Source: Balamuthia mandrillaris
Taxonomy: Eukaryota
Direction: 5' to 3'
DNA length: 64,000 bases
Assembly: GCA_031835245.2 (NCBI GenBank)
Contig: JAVKOQ020000082.1
Coordinates: 124,001-188,000 of the forward strand
Shown: one piece after another, positions 38,688 to 50,867 of the stretch
How positions within the stretch are numbered: the stretch's first letter is position 1
Layout: the number at the start of each line of letters is the position of its first letter
Translations under genes and position numbers: made by a program
The notes under the pieces: generated by a model
Seen by the model: only the letters and a program-made list of their open reading frames with translations
What the model was told of the DNA's origin: nothing
Database searches by the model: none

Positions 38688-39356
38688 ATGCAAAGCTCAG
38701 CAGCAGCGTTGATCGTAAGCGGCGGTTCTCGTGGCTTTGGCCGTGCCGTAGCTCAGCAGTACGTGGAGCAGTGGCCGGTGCCCCAAAAGACTCTGCATGT
38801 GTTCCTGTTGGGACGGGATGAGGCCGCCCTCAAACAAAGCCAGCAGGAGGTGGAGCAAGCTGCTGCCGGCAAGGAAGGCCACTCCCTCGCGATTTCCACC
38901 ATTGTGGTTGATTTCGGCAATGCCGAGACTCTGCCCGCCGCTCTTGAGGCTGTCTTCTCTAAGGTTTGAAGCCCTTCTCGCCTCTCTCTGAGTGTCATCA
39001 CTTAAAATTATGCCAACGATTTGTGTCTTTCAACCGGATGAAAAATAGGTAGACGCCGGAGCCTATGACGCAGCGTGCTTCGTAAACAACCACGGAAGCC
39101 TGGGTCTGGGCACAGTGGAACAGTTTGGCGAGCAAGCCAAGTTGGGAGAGCTCCGCCAGGCCATCGACGTGAACGTGACCTCCGCGCTGGCCCTCACTGC
39201 TGCCTTCGTTAAGCACTTTGCTGGCAAGCAATTGACTGTGGTCAACGTGTCCTCTCTTGCTGCGCTGCAGCCATTCCCAGAGTGGGGCCTCTACTGTGCC
39301 GGCAAGGCCGCCAGAGACCAGTTCCACGCGGTTCTCGCTAAAGAGGTTTGATTCTA

Positions 39357-39407
<51 letters not shown>

Positions 39408-41111
39408 CTTTCTCTCCCTCTCGTTCTCTCTCTAGACGCTGTTAATAACACTTTGCGATTCTTTTTGTTATCGTTTTCGAAAAACGAAAACGAAGAAACC
39501 GGAAGTGCGAGTATTGAGCTATGCCCCAGGTGTTATGGATACTGACATGCAACGCATTATTCGCGAGGTAAGCACCCATAAAGAACAAAAAGAGTATTTC
39601 ACACGTTTGCACAACGAGGTAAAGTTCTTCTCTCTTAGTGACTCTCTCAGTTCCACTCTTCAATTTCTTTCACTCACTTACATTGACGCGGCGCAATAAA
39701 GGGGCGGGTACAAAGCCCTGTTGTTCCTGCCAGAAAACTGGTGCAAGTGCTTGCTGAGAACAGTTTCGAGTCTGGGGCTCACCTCGACTTTGTCAACGAC
39801 CTGATGAAAGGTGTGCTGCTCGGCGTCTGCAACCCATTGCTCGACATCTCAGCGGTGGTCGGTAAAGAGCTTCTTGAAAAGTAAGCTTTTTTTTTGCATC
39901 TGCCATCTTGTCCATATGTTTCTAACCTACTGTTTGCACGTGCGTAGGTATGGTCTCTCTCCAAGTAACGCCATTCTTGCAGAGGAAAAACACCTTCCCT
40001 TGTACGTACACCCGGTTCGTTTCTTTCTCATGCTTTCGGTTTCTCACCTTTTCTTTTGTTTCTTTTTATCTTGGTTTGCACGTGTAAATAGGTACCAAGA
40101 ATTGGTGTCCAACTATCCAGTGGAGTACATAGCAGGAGGTGCTGGCCAGAACTCCGTCAGAGCTGTGCAATGGATGTTGCGCGTGCCCGGTGCCTCCCGT
40201 TACATCGGTTGCATCGGCAAGGACAAGTTTGGAGAGACATTGAGGGCCGCTGCTGAGAAAGATGGCTTGGACGTACATTACCTGGAAGATCCCGACACAC
40301 CTACCGGCACCTGTGCTGTGTTGGTTACCAACAAAGACAGGTCTCTGGTGGCCAACCTCTCTGCTGCCAATTGCTACAAGAAGGACCATCTTGACAACAA
40401 CTTCTTTTTGGTGGAGCAGGCCAAGTACTTCTATGTGACCGGCTTTTTCCTTACTGTCTCCCCTGAAACGCTGTTGGCTATTGGCGCCCATGCTGCTGAG
40501 AGAAACAAGCCCTTCATGATGAACTTGTCCGCTCCTTTCTTGATCGACTTCTTCTGGGATGGCAAGATGGAGAAGCTGCTTCCTTATGCTGATGTTGTGT
40601 TTGGCAATGAGCACGAAGCTGCTGCCTTGGGTCGCAAAATGGGATGGGGTGTACGTACAATCCCACTATCCACCCCTCATTGCTTAGTTTCGGGTGGCTT
40701 GACTAACGAAATATATTTTAACAGGAGAACCTGAAAGAAGTGGCTGCTAAGTTGGCTGAAATGCCGAAAGTGAACACAGCACGCCCTCGTACCGTCGTAT
40801 TTACTCAGGGTGCTGAGCCGACTTTGGTATTCCATAATGGCGAGGTACTCTCCTCTCCTATCATCCATTGTCTTATTTGTTTTTTAAACTTGTGGGCAAA
40901 AAAGTTATTGGAGCTGGCAGTACCACCCGTGCCCACTGAAGAGATTGTAGACACAAACGGAGCAGGAGACTGCTTCGTGGGAGGTTTTCTCTCTCGCTAC
41001 ATCCAAGGAAGGCCCCTCACCGAGTGCGTGGAGGCTGGAAACTACTGTGCCGGTGTCTGCATCCGAACTGCCGGCATCAAGTTCGAGGGAACTCCCACCT
41101 TCCGGCCTTGA
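38688..41111 (+). CDS. Fused sepiapterin reductase (SDR) - adenosine kinase (PfkB family) protein
   Basis: SPR part: SGGSRGFG, NNHGSLG, NVSSLAALQPFPEWGLYCAGKAARD, YAPGVMDTDMQ, FESGAHLDF. This runs without a stop in exon 39702-39880 into ADK: GVCNPLLDISAVV, AGGAGQNS, PTGTCAVL, NLSAPF, DTNGAGDCFVGGF. Confidence 0.9.
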
Positions 41112-41485
41112 AAGCATCACCTTTCTTTCTGCCGGATGAAACAAAGATCAGCTTGATGGCTAAACTCAAACTGCGATGTGTGAGAGAAGAGAGAGAGAGA
41201 GAGAGAGAGTGCGCGGAGAGGAGAGTTCTCAGAGTGGAGGGTGGTCGAAAGGGGAGAGAGAAGGAAAGGCGATTTAGGGGGATAGGAGAGAGGACGGGAG
41301 AGAGAGGGGACAAAAATAGAAAAATGAGAAAGAAGAAGGAAAAGAAGGGAACGGAGAGAGAGACAGCAAAAGAGGGCCTCTTTGTCAGAACAACCCCCTT
41401 TTTTTTAAATTCGTATCAGCAGAGCTGAGTAGCAGCAGCAGCAGCAGTAGTAGAAATCTAGGAAACGCTCTCTTTGACAAATTAA

Positions 41486-42919
41486 ATGGCGCACTACGAG
41501 GAGCAGGAAGAGATTGAGACGGTGGGAGGTGGCCTCAACGTCACCCCTGAAGAAATCACCAAGATCAAGGAGATGTTGATGGACACCTCTTTGCCGGTTG
41601 CTCCCCGCTTTCGTGCTGTGTTTACCCTTCGGAACATTGGAGGCGAACTCGCCATAGATGCGCTCGCTGAAGGTATTATTGCCCCAGTCATCTTTGAATA
41701 ATCGTTCCTCCTCTCCATTCTAAGCGGGTCCTCTGTCTCTGTCTCTCTGTCCGTAAATACAGCTTTGATGGCAGACAAGTCCGCCCTGTTGAAGCACGAA
41801 ATAGCGTATGTGTTGGGCCAGATGCAAAACCCTCACGCCATACCCTACCTCAACCAAGTTTTGGCTGACGCTGAAGAAGACCCAATGGTCCGCCACGAGG
41901 TACTTTTCCTTCTCCACCCCTTTTTCCTGCCTTTTGTTGTGTTTTTCTTTCCTTGTTTTTTTTGGAGCTACTTCTTAACTTTGGTTGGTCTTTTCTTGTG
42001 GGGAGATAGGCTGGTGAAGCACTCGGCGCTATCGGAGACCCCAAGTCATTGGAGGTGTTGGAACGGTTTGCTACCGACCCCAGACCCGAGGTTTCTGAAA
42101 CATGTTCCTTGGCCATCGATACCATCAAGTACAAACTTAAAGAAAACAAAAAGACGTACGTTTCCTTCTTTTCCTACCTTTCCCTTCCCCTTTGTTTCTT
42201 ATAACCTGATGTACTCTTTATAACCACAAAGGCCAAACCACCCAAGCCCATACTGCTCAGTGGATCCAGCCCCTCGTTACAGCACTGATGATGTACAAAA
42301 GCTAAAAACTCGTCTGTTGGATGAATCCCTCCCGCTGTTCAAACGCTACCGTGCCATGTTCGCTTTGAGAGACATAGGTGATACTGAGGCTGTTGAGGTA
42401 TACTCTTGCCTCTCTCTTTCTCTCTCTCTCTCTCTCCAGCTGATCCGCTTCGTTCATTTTAATTTTGTGTCTTCATTTTTGTGTGGGTGTATCAATGCAA
42501 CAACAAAGGCGTTGGCAGCAGGCTTCAGGGACAGCAGCGCGTTGTTCCGCCACGAGATAGCGTATGTTTTGGGTCAAATGGCGCATGAGCACGCTGCTCC
42601 CTCCCTTACCGTCATCCTGAAGGACATGAACGAGCATTACATGGTCAGGCATGAAGCGGCGGAGGCCCTTGGTGCCATTGCCAGCTCGGAGATAATGCCT
42701 ATGCTCCAGGACTTTTGCAATGACAAGGAACAAGTTGTTAGGGAAAGCTGCTTAGTTGGTATGTTTGCTTTCTTTTTTTTTTCTTAATCCGAACAACCTT
42801 AACACCCCTTCATTACAGCGGTGGACGTTAGCGATTACAACACCTCGGACACATTCGAGTATGCCGACACCCTAAAAATCATACGAGAACAAGCGGCTGC
42901 TACTGTTGAGTCTTCCTAA
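41486..42919 (+). CDS. DOHH: Deoxyhypusine hydroxylase
   Basis: Four His-Glu motifs in HEAT-like repeats ([32 protein letters not shown]), plus [10 protein letters not shown] and SVDPAP. Confidence 0.95.
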
Positions 42920-43296
42920 AAACTGAAGTGAAACGGAACTATGCAATTGCGGCGATAATCTGCCGTGCCCACCTTGGGAGATTCATTTCCAATTCTTTAA
43001 TTTATTCAGGTTCAAAATGAATGCTGACCACCCTCCTCCTAAACTTTCTTTTTTTATACAACTGCCGCGGCGAAGGAGTCTTTCAAACCGTTGTTGATCA
43101 ACATGTTCTTTGCTGTAGGACCACGTTATGAACACGTGATGGCCACGAGGCAAACCTCGAGCGGAGAAGATACAAGCATATTACTGCACGACCGTAAACG
43201 GACACCGCCGAAAGTAACGCTGGTCCTCTCAGAGTCAGCGCCTTCACCGTCTGACCTGTGCAAGAAAAAAACAAAACCACAAGAAACAAGAAAAGA

Positions 43297-45695
43297 ATGT
43301 CGTGGAAGGGAGGGAGAGGTTCCATCCAACCCCTCTGGGAGTGGGTGGTGTTGGCTCTGACAATGATGGTGACGGTGGGATTGTTTGAAAGTGTGCGCAG
43401 CCAAAGCTGCGAGCCGTATGCCGGCAGGCCCCTTGTTTGTAACAGTTTTTTTGGTGAGTCCGTTGGTCACCACCCTCTGCGGCTCTTCTTCATCGTGAAG
43501 CAAACCAACCGTTCAAAAAAAAAACCAGAAATAGGACAACCTATGTATGTGCCCAACGCAACGGATATGCCCTGGCTTGAGTCGGACTCGTCCCGTCTGG
43601 CAAACCTGATGGCCTCCCGATTTACTGACGAAGGTTCCTTTAATTGCAGAGACGAGTACTTTGGCCTGCTCTGCGGCACCTATTTTCGCCCTTGCTTGCG
43701 GGATCCAAGCGGTACAACCCTCCCTCTCATCATCCCATTCATTTCTTCGGCCTATAAAAACGCTTATTACCTCGACTATGATACGGAGTGTATGCTAACT
43801 TTGCTCAAACAGGGAATGCTATCCCATACCCTAAAAACACGTGCAGAGCGCGTTGCCTCTCGGCTTCGTTCCCATCTCCTTTGTAGTGCAATTCTCTCTC
43901 TCTCTCACATTGAAACTAACTTGCGTCGCGCTTGGCACTCCACTCAAGTGAATGCATGCCTAGCATTCCTTGAAGAAAACGGCTTTCCGCCGGGTATAGG
44001 CCTTTTCCTGCCATTTGATCCCCGCGAAACTCCGCTGCGATGCAATGAAACAGATGTGATATACGGCAGTCCGCCACTCTTTCCCGAAGGGGAGTACACG
44101 CAGCCCATTCCCACGGAGAACGGCACGTGGTCCTACAACCTAACGGTAACCTGCTCCAACCTAGGAGCGGGCCAACTGACCTGTCCGGAGCCGCTCCAAA
44201 GGCTAGATGACCTGGACATCTGCGGCTTCACCTGTCCACTCCCTGCCATGACGGAGGAGCAGTATAACACAGTTCAGATCATGCAAGGCGTGTTGGCATG
44301 GTTCTCCTACGTTTCTACATTCTTCGTGGTGATGTCCTACATGCTGCACCCCAGATTGCGAACCTTTCCTAGCAATATGTTGGCGATGACCTGCCTGAGT
44401 GCACACATCCTGTCTTTCGGTCTAGTGCTGCCCACAATGGCGGGCTACAACGAGGTATGGTGTGGCGGCGATGACCAAGAGTACAGTTCTCCGGAGCTTA
44501 ACTCGTTCTCGTCGGAGGCATTTTCCGTTTTGCGTCTCTCCATGAACAGTCCTCTTTGTACGTTTCAGGGAGTTATTCTTCACTTTGGGCTTGTTTCTGG
44601 TACATTTTGGTATGCTATGCATTGGACGCATCTTTCTGTTTCGCTTCATTGGGTTGTTGCTCCTGTGAGGCAATATTCTCTCATTTATGTTTTTGATGGC
44701 TGACTTCGACCAAACTTGCAGGTGGATATTTATAGCGCTGAACATGATCATTCAGCTGTATTTGGGGAAGAAGGGCGTTGCCACAGGCGTCAAAACGATA
44801 GTCTTCCAGGCGGTTTATCACACGACGACCTGGGGCGTGCCATCTCTCTTTGGCATCATTCTGCTGGGTGCCGACAAATTTGTTTATGAATCCTCCTCCA
44901 CATTGTACGTCCTTTCTCGTACTCTTCTTCTTCTTTTTCTTTTTCTTCTGTTTCTTCTTCCTATGCTAACATGGATGATGGTGCTGCTCAGCTGCTTTAT
45001 AACATCGGAGGATGACTTGGCTTGGCAGCTCTCCCTGTTCTTCGTTCCGGTGGGAGTGTTGATAGTGGTGGGAGGAATACTCTTCGTGGTGGCAATGGTC
45101 TGCATCTTCATGATAACGGCAGGCAACTCCAAGAAGAGGGCCAGCACCATTGTTATCCACGTCCGCCTGCTCTGCTTTCTCTTTCTCTTCCTGCTGATCT
45201 ACTCCTTCATCTTTGCGCATCGACACCTCCACCAGCGACGAGGACATTGAGGAGGGCTACAACAAGTACTACACCTGCCTTCTGCGAGAGGAGGATGACT
45301 GCTCCCTCAGCGAGGACGTCACCAAGTACGACCTGGTGTTGGCCAGGGCCTTCTGCTACGCCTCGTTGGGACTCTTCCTGGCCATTTTGTTCTGCCACAT
45401 GGACGTCTGGCGGTTATGGTGGAAGGTGATCAGCGCGGTGCGGGCGGGAGAGGGTTGTGCTCCACTCAAGGCCCTCACCTCCAGCTCCTTCTCTGGCTCC
45501 TCAAAAGCCAAAAGCAAGAGCAAGAGGAAAAAGGAGCGCAGCGGCAGCTCCAAGAAACTCGAGTTCAGCACCAGTTCCATGGTTTTGGGTATGCCATACC
45601 GCCTTTCATTCTCCCTACCTCTTTGTATCCTTCTCTCTTCAGGGATAAGACCAGAACTAAACTTTGTTTGTTGTGCAGACGACGTGGTGCCTTAA
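43297..45695 (+). CDS. Frizzled/Smoothened-like GPCR (signal peptide, Cys-rich domain, 7TM), with an apparent frameshift at ~45218
   Basis: Signal peptide, CEPY..C..LLCGTYFRPC..CRARC Cys-rich domain, CGFTCPLP linker, TM segments (CTFQG.ILHFG, YH..WGVP, FFVPVG). Confidence 0.75.
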
Positions 45696-45925
45696 CGCCC
45701 AAGTAGTGTTACAAAAAGTGGCAGCGATGGGGTGGGGTGGTGCACGTGTAACGTATAACTGTAACAAAGGTTGTGTGTGTGGAGGGTGGGACAGTGGCCG
45801 GAAGGGAGTGAATTGGCCACAGCACTCTCTCTCCTAACTTCGCTCGTCCCTTGTTTTCAAAAAGCTCGAGAAAAGGGTGGAAAAAAATAAAGAACAGCTT
45901 TGCTTTGGTTTAACAACCATCATCA

Positions 45926-46434
45926 TTAATTCTCATCGTAATTACACAGCTTCTTGTATGCTTCAACAAAAGCTTTTCGCGCCCTTTCGTAATCGCAACC
46001 ACAGTCTTCATGTTCAAACGTACTGTCGGGGTGAATCGTGACACTCACTTCATCCAATGGGTCGATAAAGAGTGTGAGCGCAGGCTCCCAACGGATGCCA
46101 AGTGAAGAACCATCAGCAGTGTCGAAAAACAGCTCTGCGTCAGGCAAGTCCTTAGCAAGCGCCTTGATGAAGGCTAGCTTGGGGATAGACACACCCAGCC
46201 GTTCACATTGGCCAACGATGTCTACCACAATCGCTTTCAACGAGCAGTCATCACTTTCTTCTTTTAAAAGAGTGGAACGTTATTCGAGACCTTACTGATA
46301 ACAGGATAAGGGAACATACTCTCCAATGCCATCGGCTGGGGGGACTCGTCTAAGAACGGCTTTTTCTCTCTCAGGTACCAGATAGGGGGAGCTGCTGGAT
46401 CACGTGGCAGTTTATCTGCAGATACAAAGTCCAT
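45926..46434 (-). CDS. Hypothetical protein (~160 aa, 2 exons)
   Basis: ATG at 46434. A phase-1 GTAAGG..AAAG intron joins MDFVSADK..YPVI to KEESDDCSLKAIVV..NYDEN. No family recognised. Confidence 0.5.
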
Positions 46435-47028
46435 TAGGCAGAGAAAAGATAAAAAAAAAGGAGTTGGTAAATACCGCGCTTCAAAGCTACTTCCCCCTGC
46501 ACCTGCTCTAGTTGCTTTGTTTTCCTCTCTCTCTCTCTCCTTCTCTCTCTCTCTCTCTCTCTCTGGTCTGTGTGGGTTGCTGCTCACTGCTCGAAAACAC
46601 GTCTCAAATTTCACTAAAAAAGGAAAAGGAGAGGAGAGGGCAAAAAAAAAGAGGGAGAGAGAGAGGGAGAGAGGAAAAGGACAAACGAGAGAGGCCAAAA
46701 CGAAAAGAGAGCAAAGGAGAGGGGAGGAAAGGAAGGGACACCTCAAACAAGCATTTTTGAAAAAAAAGGAGGGCCAAAGACTTTGTGCCTCTTCAAAAAA
46801 AAAAACGAGCAGCTCCGTCTAGTCAAGCCCCTTATCAGGTAGGCACCTGTTGCAGCCATTGGGTGAGTTGGTAAGGTAGTACCACCTACCACTACGCAGC
46901 GAGTAGCAGCAGCAGCAGCAAGGACCTTTTCTTGGTTGAGGAGGGATCCCTTAGCAGGATTAGCAGTGACACTAACAGCAGCAGTGGCAAGTTGAGAGCC
47001 GTCAATTGGTACCTCACTCTTTGGTCGA

Positions 47029-50000
47029 ATGGATAATTGGAAACAGTGGGCACGCAACCGTACGGAGGACGCGCGCAGAGCCCTGTCGAGCGGTGCTTCT
47101 GCTCCTGCTGGAGGCACGAGCGGCCCTGGTGGAGGTGCAGGAGGAGCAGGAGGAGGAAGGCGCAGCAGCCTGGACGCGAGCGACAGTGCTAGCTCTCCCA
47201 CGCCTTTTACGGGCTCCTCCGCTGACGAGTTCGACCTGGAGAAAAACCAGCTGCGCTTGCCTCCTTCCTCCTCCTCCAGCAGTAAGCATAGGAGGAGGCG
47301 CAGACGGAAGTCCAAAGGCAGGGTAACCGAAAGGGACATTGACAACAGGAACGACGATCCCGAGAGTGAGGGCGAAGAACAAGACAAGGTCAGTACTGTA
47401 TCTCACAGTGATTGTGGTTGTGTTGTTTGGTCAATGTCCTCACTTTGTTACCATCACTTTTTGCTTGTGCTCTGCGGTCGGTAGCCCTGGTCCACGGCTG
47501 CTAAGCAGTATGGCATTTTAGTGGGAGAGGCAGAGGAGGAAGAAGTGGAAGCACTGGAATGGGATGAGTTCTTCAGATCACGAGCAGAGGAAGGAACCTC
47601 CGGTACTGGCAAGTTCCGTTCGCTCATGAACTGGGAAGTAACACGGGTACGATACTCTTTACATGCCGTCGCTCTTCTCCTCTCTCGCTTCATCTCTCTC
47701 TCCCCCTCCTCCTCTCTCTCTCTCTCTCTCTCTCGCTTTATCTCTTGCGCATATTCAGAAGAATGGCGAAGTCCCATTTCTAAATCGCTACCTCTCAGAA
47801 ACGATTAAGGTACTATTTACCTATTTTGAGCTGGCTGCCAAAGTATGATGTGAGGAACGATCTTGTATGGGATGTGGGTGCTGGCCTTGCTATTACTGCC
47901 GTTATTATCCCTCACAGCATGGCCATGGCCATCCTTGCTGGTCTACCCCCTGTCTATGGACTCTATACGGTTTGGGTAAGTTATGAGACCTTCGTTCTTG
48001 AGCGAAAAAAGATGGCTATGACTTACCTCGTTTGTGTTGAGCACAGATTTCAGCCTTAATATATGCGCTTCTTGGCAACAGCCGCCAATTGTCCATTGGA
48101 CCAGAAACTGTTACTAGTATATTGTTGGGTCTCACATGGACTAATCATAATGATCTCGAAGAAGAGGATTATCCCGTGATTGCCCACACCATAGCATTCT
48201 TGGTAACTTTCCCCGATGCCACCATAAGGCACTCGACCTCATTGATAGGTGGGCCAATAGCTAATACTTCATCTCAGGGAGGCTTCCTGCTTTTCTTCTT
48301 GGGTCTGTTTAGGTTTGGTTTCTTGGACAGCTTGCTCTCGCGGCCACTGCTCAGCGGATTTATCAACGCAATTGCTGTCATTATCTTCATGGAGCAGTCA
48401 GACATTATATTGGGAGTAGGCAATCCAAAGGAACACGGTTGGCATAAGATATCCCATATTTATCATCACCTGGAGCACGTGCACTGGCAAACCTTTGTTA
48501 TTGGTATATGCCTTCCTGCAATGTGTTGTTCATTTCTAACCGCCCCTCCATCTGTTATTTTTTTGTTCTTCTCTATTTCCCTGTCTTTCTTCATGTCAGG
48601 GTTGTTTGGAATCCTGTACTTGTTGTCCATAAAGATTATGAACACAAAGATTAAGGCATCTCAAACTACGAATCGCTATCTCAAGGCTCTTCGATTTTTC
48701 CCAGTAAGTGCTTTAACAAATTTCAATGAGCTTTTATGTGTGTTCCAATAGTATACTCTCTCCTCTATAGGATACGCTGGTGCTGGTAGGTACTGGCATT
48801 GTGGTCGCTTGGGCTTTTAACTGGGACGAAAAGGGTGTTACCATTTTGGGTACCATAAACAGTGGCTTCCCCCCACCTACTTGGCCTTTGAAATCTATCG
48901 GCCTTATCCAGGATTACAGTCAATCCTCTGTCATTATAGCTGTGCTTGGCTTTATTGGTACATTCTTCTCCCACCCTTTCATCTCATGTACTGCCTTCTC
49001 ATAGACTTGTTTGTAATTGTGTTTTTGGCGTGTTGCAGAGAGCGTCATTACTGCCAAGTATTATGCAAACAAAAATAAGTACTTTGTAAGTCCAAACAGA
49101 GAGCTGGTGGCGCTTGGAACAGCCAACATTATTGGTTCCTTTTTCCAAATTTTCCCTGCCTACGGTAGCTTGATGAGGAGCGCTATTGTGGACATGGCTG
49201 GAGCCCGGACACAGGTAGGGTGCCCTTCCTTCTGCTTGCCTTTTTTTTTCATGTGATTGAAATCTCGTACTTGCAGCTCTACCAATTGATTGTAAGCGCA
49301 CTGGTGCTGTTTACAGTGTTATTCCTGGGACCTTTGTTCTATTACTTGCCTAAAGTCATCCTTGCCTCCATCGTGCTAGTAGCAGCGCTGGGTCTTGTGG
49401 AGCTGGAGGATCTGATTTTCCTATGCCGCATCAAGGCATGGGGCGCCGTTGGCCTCCTACTCGGCACTTTCCTGGCCACTATCATCCTTGGTGTGGAATT
49501 GGGAATTGTGATTAGCTTGGGCATCTCTGTCTTGTACATAATCAAAAAAACGTCGCTGCCTAACATCGCCATCCTTGGCCGCATACCAGGCACCAACAAG
49601 TACAAAGACATTTCTGAATTTGACGATGCTAAACCCATTCCAGTATGTAATCCTCTTCTCCTTCGGTCCTTATTGCGTTTGTTAATATTTCTTTCCAGGG
49701 TGTGCTGATGGTTCGCATTGAAGAGTCCCTTTACTTTGCCAACATTGGCAAAATAACAGACATGTTTTCTCGATTTGAACGCTTTGGTGATATGACTGCT
49801 TTGCCTGTTTCCAGCGAAAATGGCGAGGAAAGTAAACGCCCTCCATTGCAAGCCATTATCATTGATGCCAGGGATGTGCACGAGATGGACGCAAGGTAAT
49901 TTCTTGGAAATCGATGTATCTATCTCACTTGTGTTAATGTTTGTTGACTTTTTGTTTGATTTCCCTTTAAAAGTGCCCTTCAGGTGGTTGCCGAAATGGC

Positions 50001-50358
50001 ACATGACTACCGAGAGAGATCAATTATTCTGTGCTTTGTGAAGCTGCGGAAGAAGTTACAAGAACTTTTCTTGCTGTCAGGCATTACAGACACACTCGGT
50101 GGCAAGGAAATGTTTTTCACCTCAACCCGAGCGGCGGTGGCTTGGCTACAGCGTCCTGTCAACAACACGACGGAATCCGTCGTGGTGATGCCCAAAGAGA
50201 AAGATAGCCCCTTAGGGGTAGGAGACAGCAGCCCCGCGTCATCTTCTGATGTTATTGGCAGCAGTCTCTCCACAACTGGAGGTTCAAATGGAAACCTGGT
50301 GGAGATATCACCAGCAGAGGGAGAGCACGTACTTGGCCCTTTTTCTGATGATATCTAA
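47029..50358 (+). CDS. SLC26/SulP anion transporter with STAS domain
   Basis: WLPKY..DVGAGL..IPHSMAMAILAGLPPVYGLY, SRQLSIGPE, NRELVALGTANI, RIEESLYFANI and a STAS domain. Confidence 0.95.
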
Positions 50359-50421
50359 GAATGTTGTTACCATCTCTCTATTTTCTTGAACAAACTCAAG
50401 GAAGCCAAACAAAATGATTAG

Positions 50422-50640
50422 CTGCTTTGTGTCAGAGAACTCTTCGGCGTTTGCGACAGTGTTTTGGGTGGTACCTGTCGGGCTGAGCTTAGCTGTTGGT
50501 CTCATTCTCTTCGTGGCGAGCGTGGTCCGCATCATTATGATCTCCACGAAGGCGCACCACCCCAAGAGCGCGGCTGGCACCCAGTGTAGGAGATGGAGAA
50601 GAGTGGAAGGCCGCAGGCTGCACCCGCTCTTCATTTGTCC
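50422..50640 (+). pseudogene. Orphan exon fragment of a Frizzled/Smoothened-like GPCR paralogue
   Basis: AG|CTGCTTT then CFVSENSSAFATVFWVVPVGLSLAVGLILFVASVVRIIMI. This aligns with the exon at 44992 (AG|CTGCTTT; CFITSEDDLAWQLSLFFVPVGVLIVVGGILFVVAMVCIFMI). Confidence 0.6.
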
Positions 50641-50867
50641 CTGGAAGAAACCTTTGCGTGTGGTTCAGGATGTAGTGTGAAGACCCGAATAGAAACAACG
50701 AATTGGTCCCATTGATCGGCTTGATCATGGCACCGCGTTAGATAAAAAATATTAGTATTATTAGAATAAATATCAAGGGCAGAGGTCTCCTTTCTTCCTC
50801 GCGTTTGGTCCGATATCTCCTCATCAAGCCACCACTGCCTCAAACAAAAAATGGTGGAAGAGCCAAT

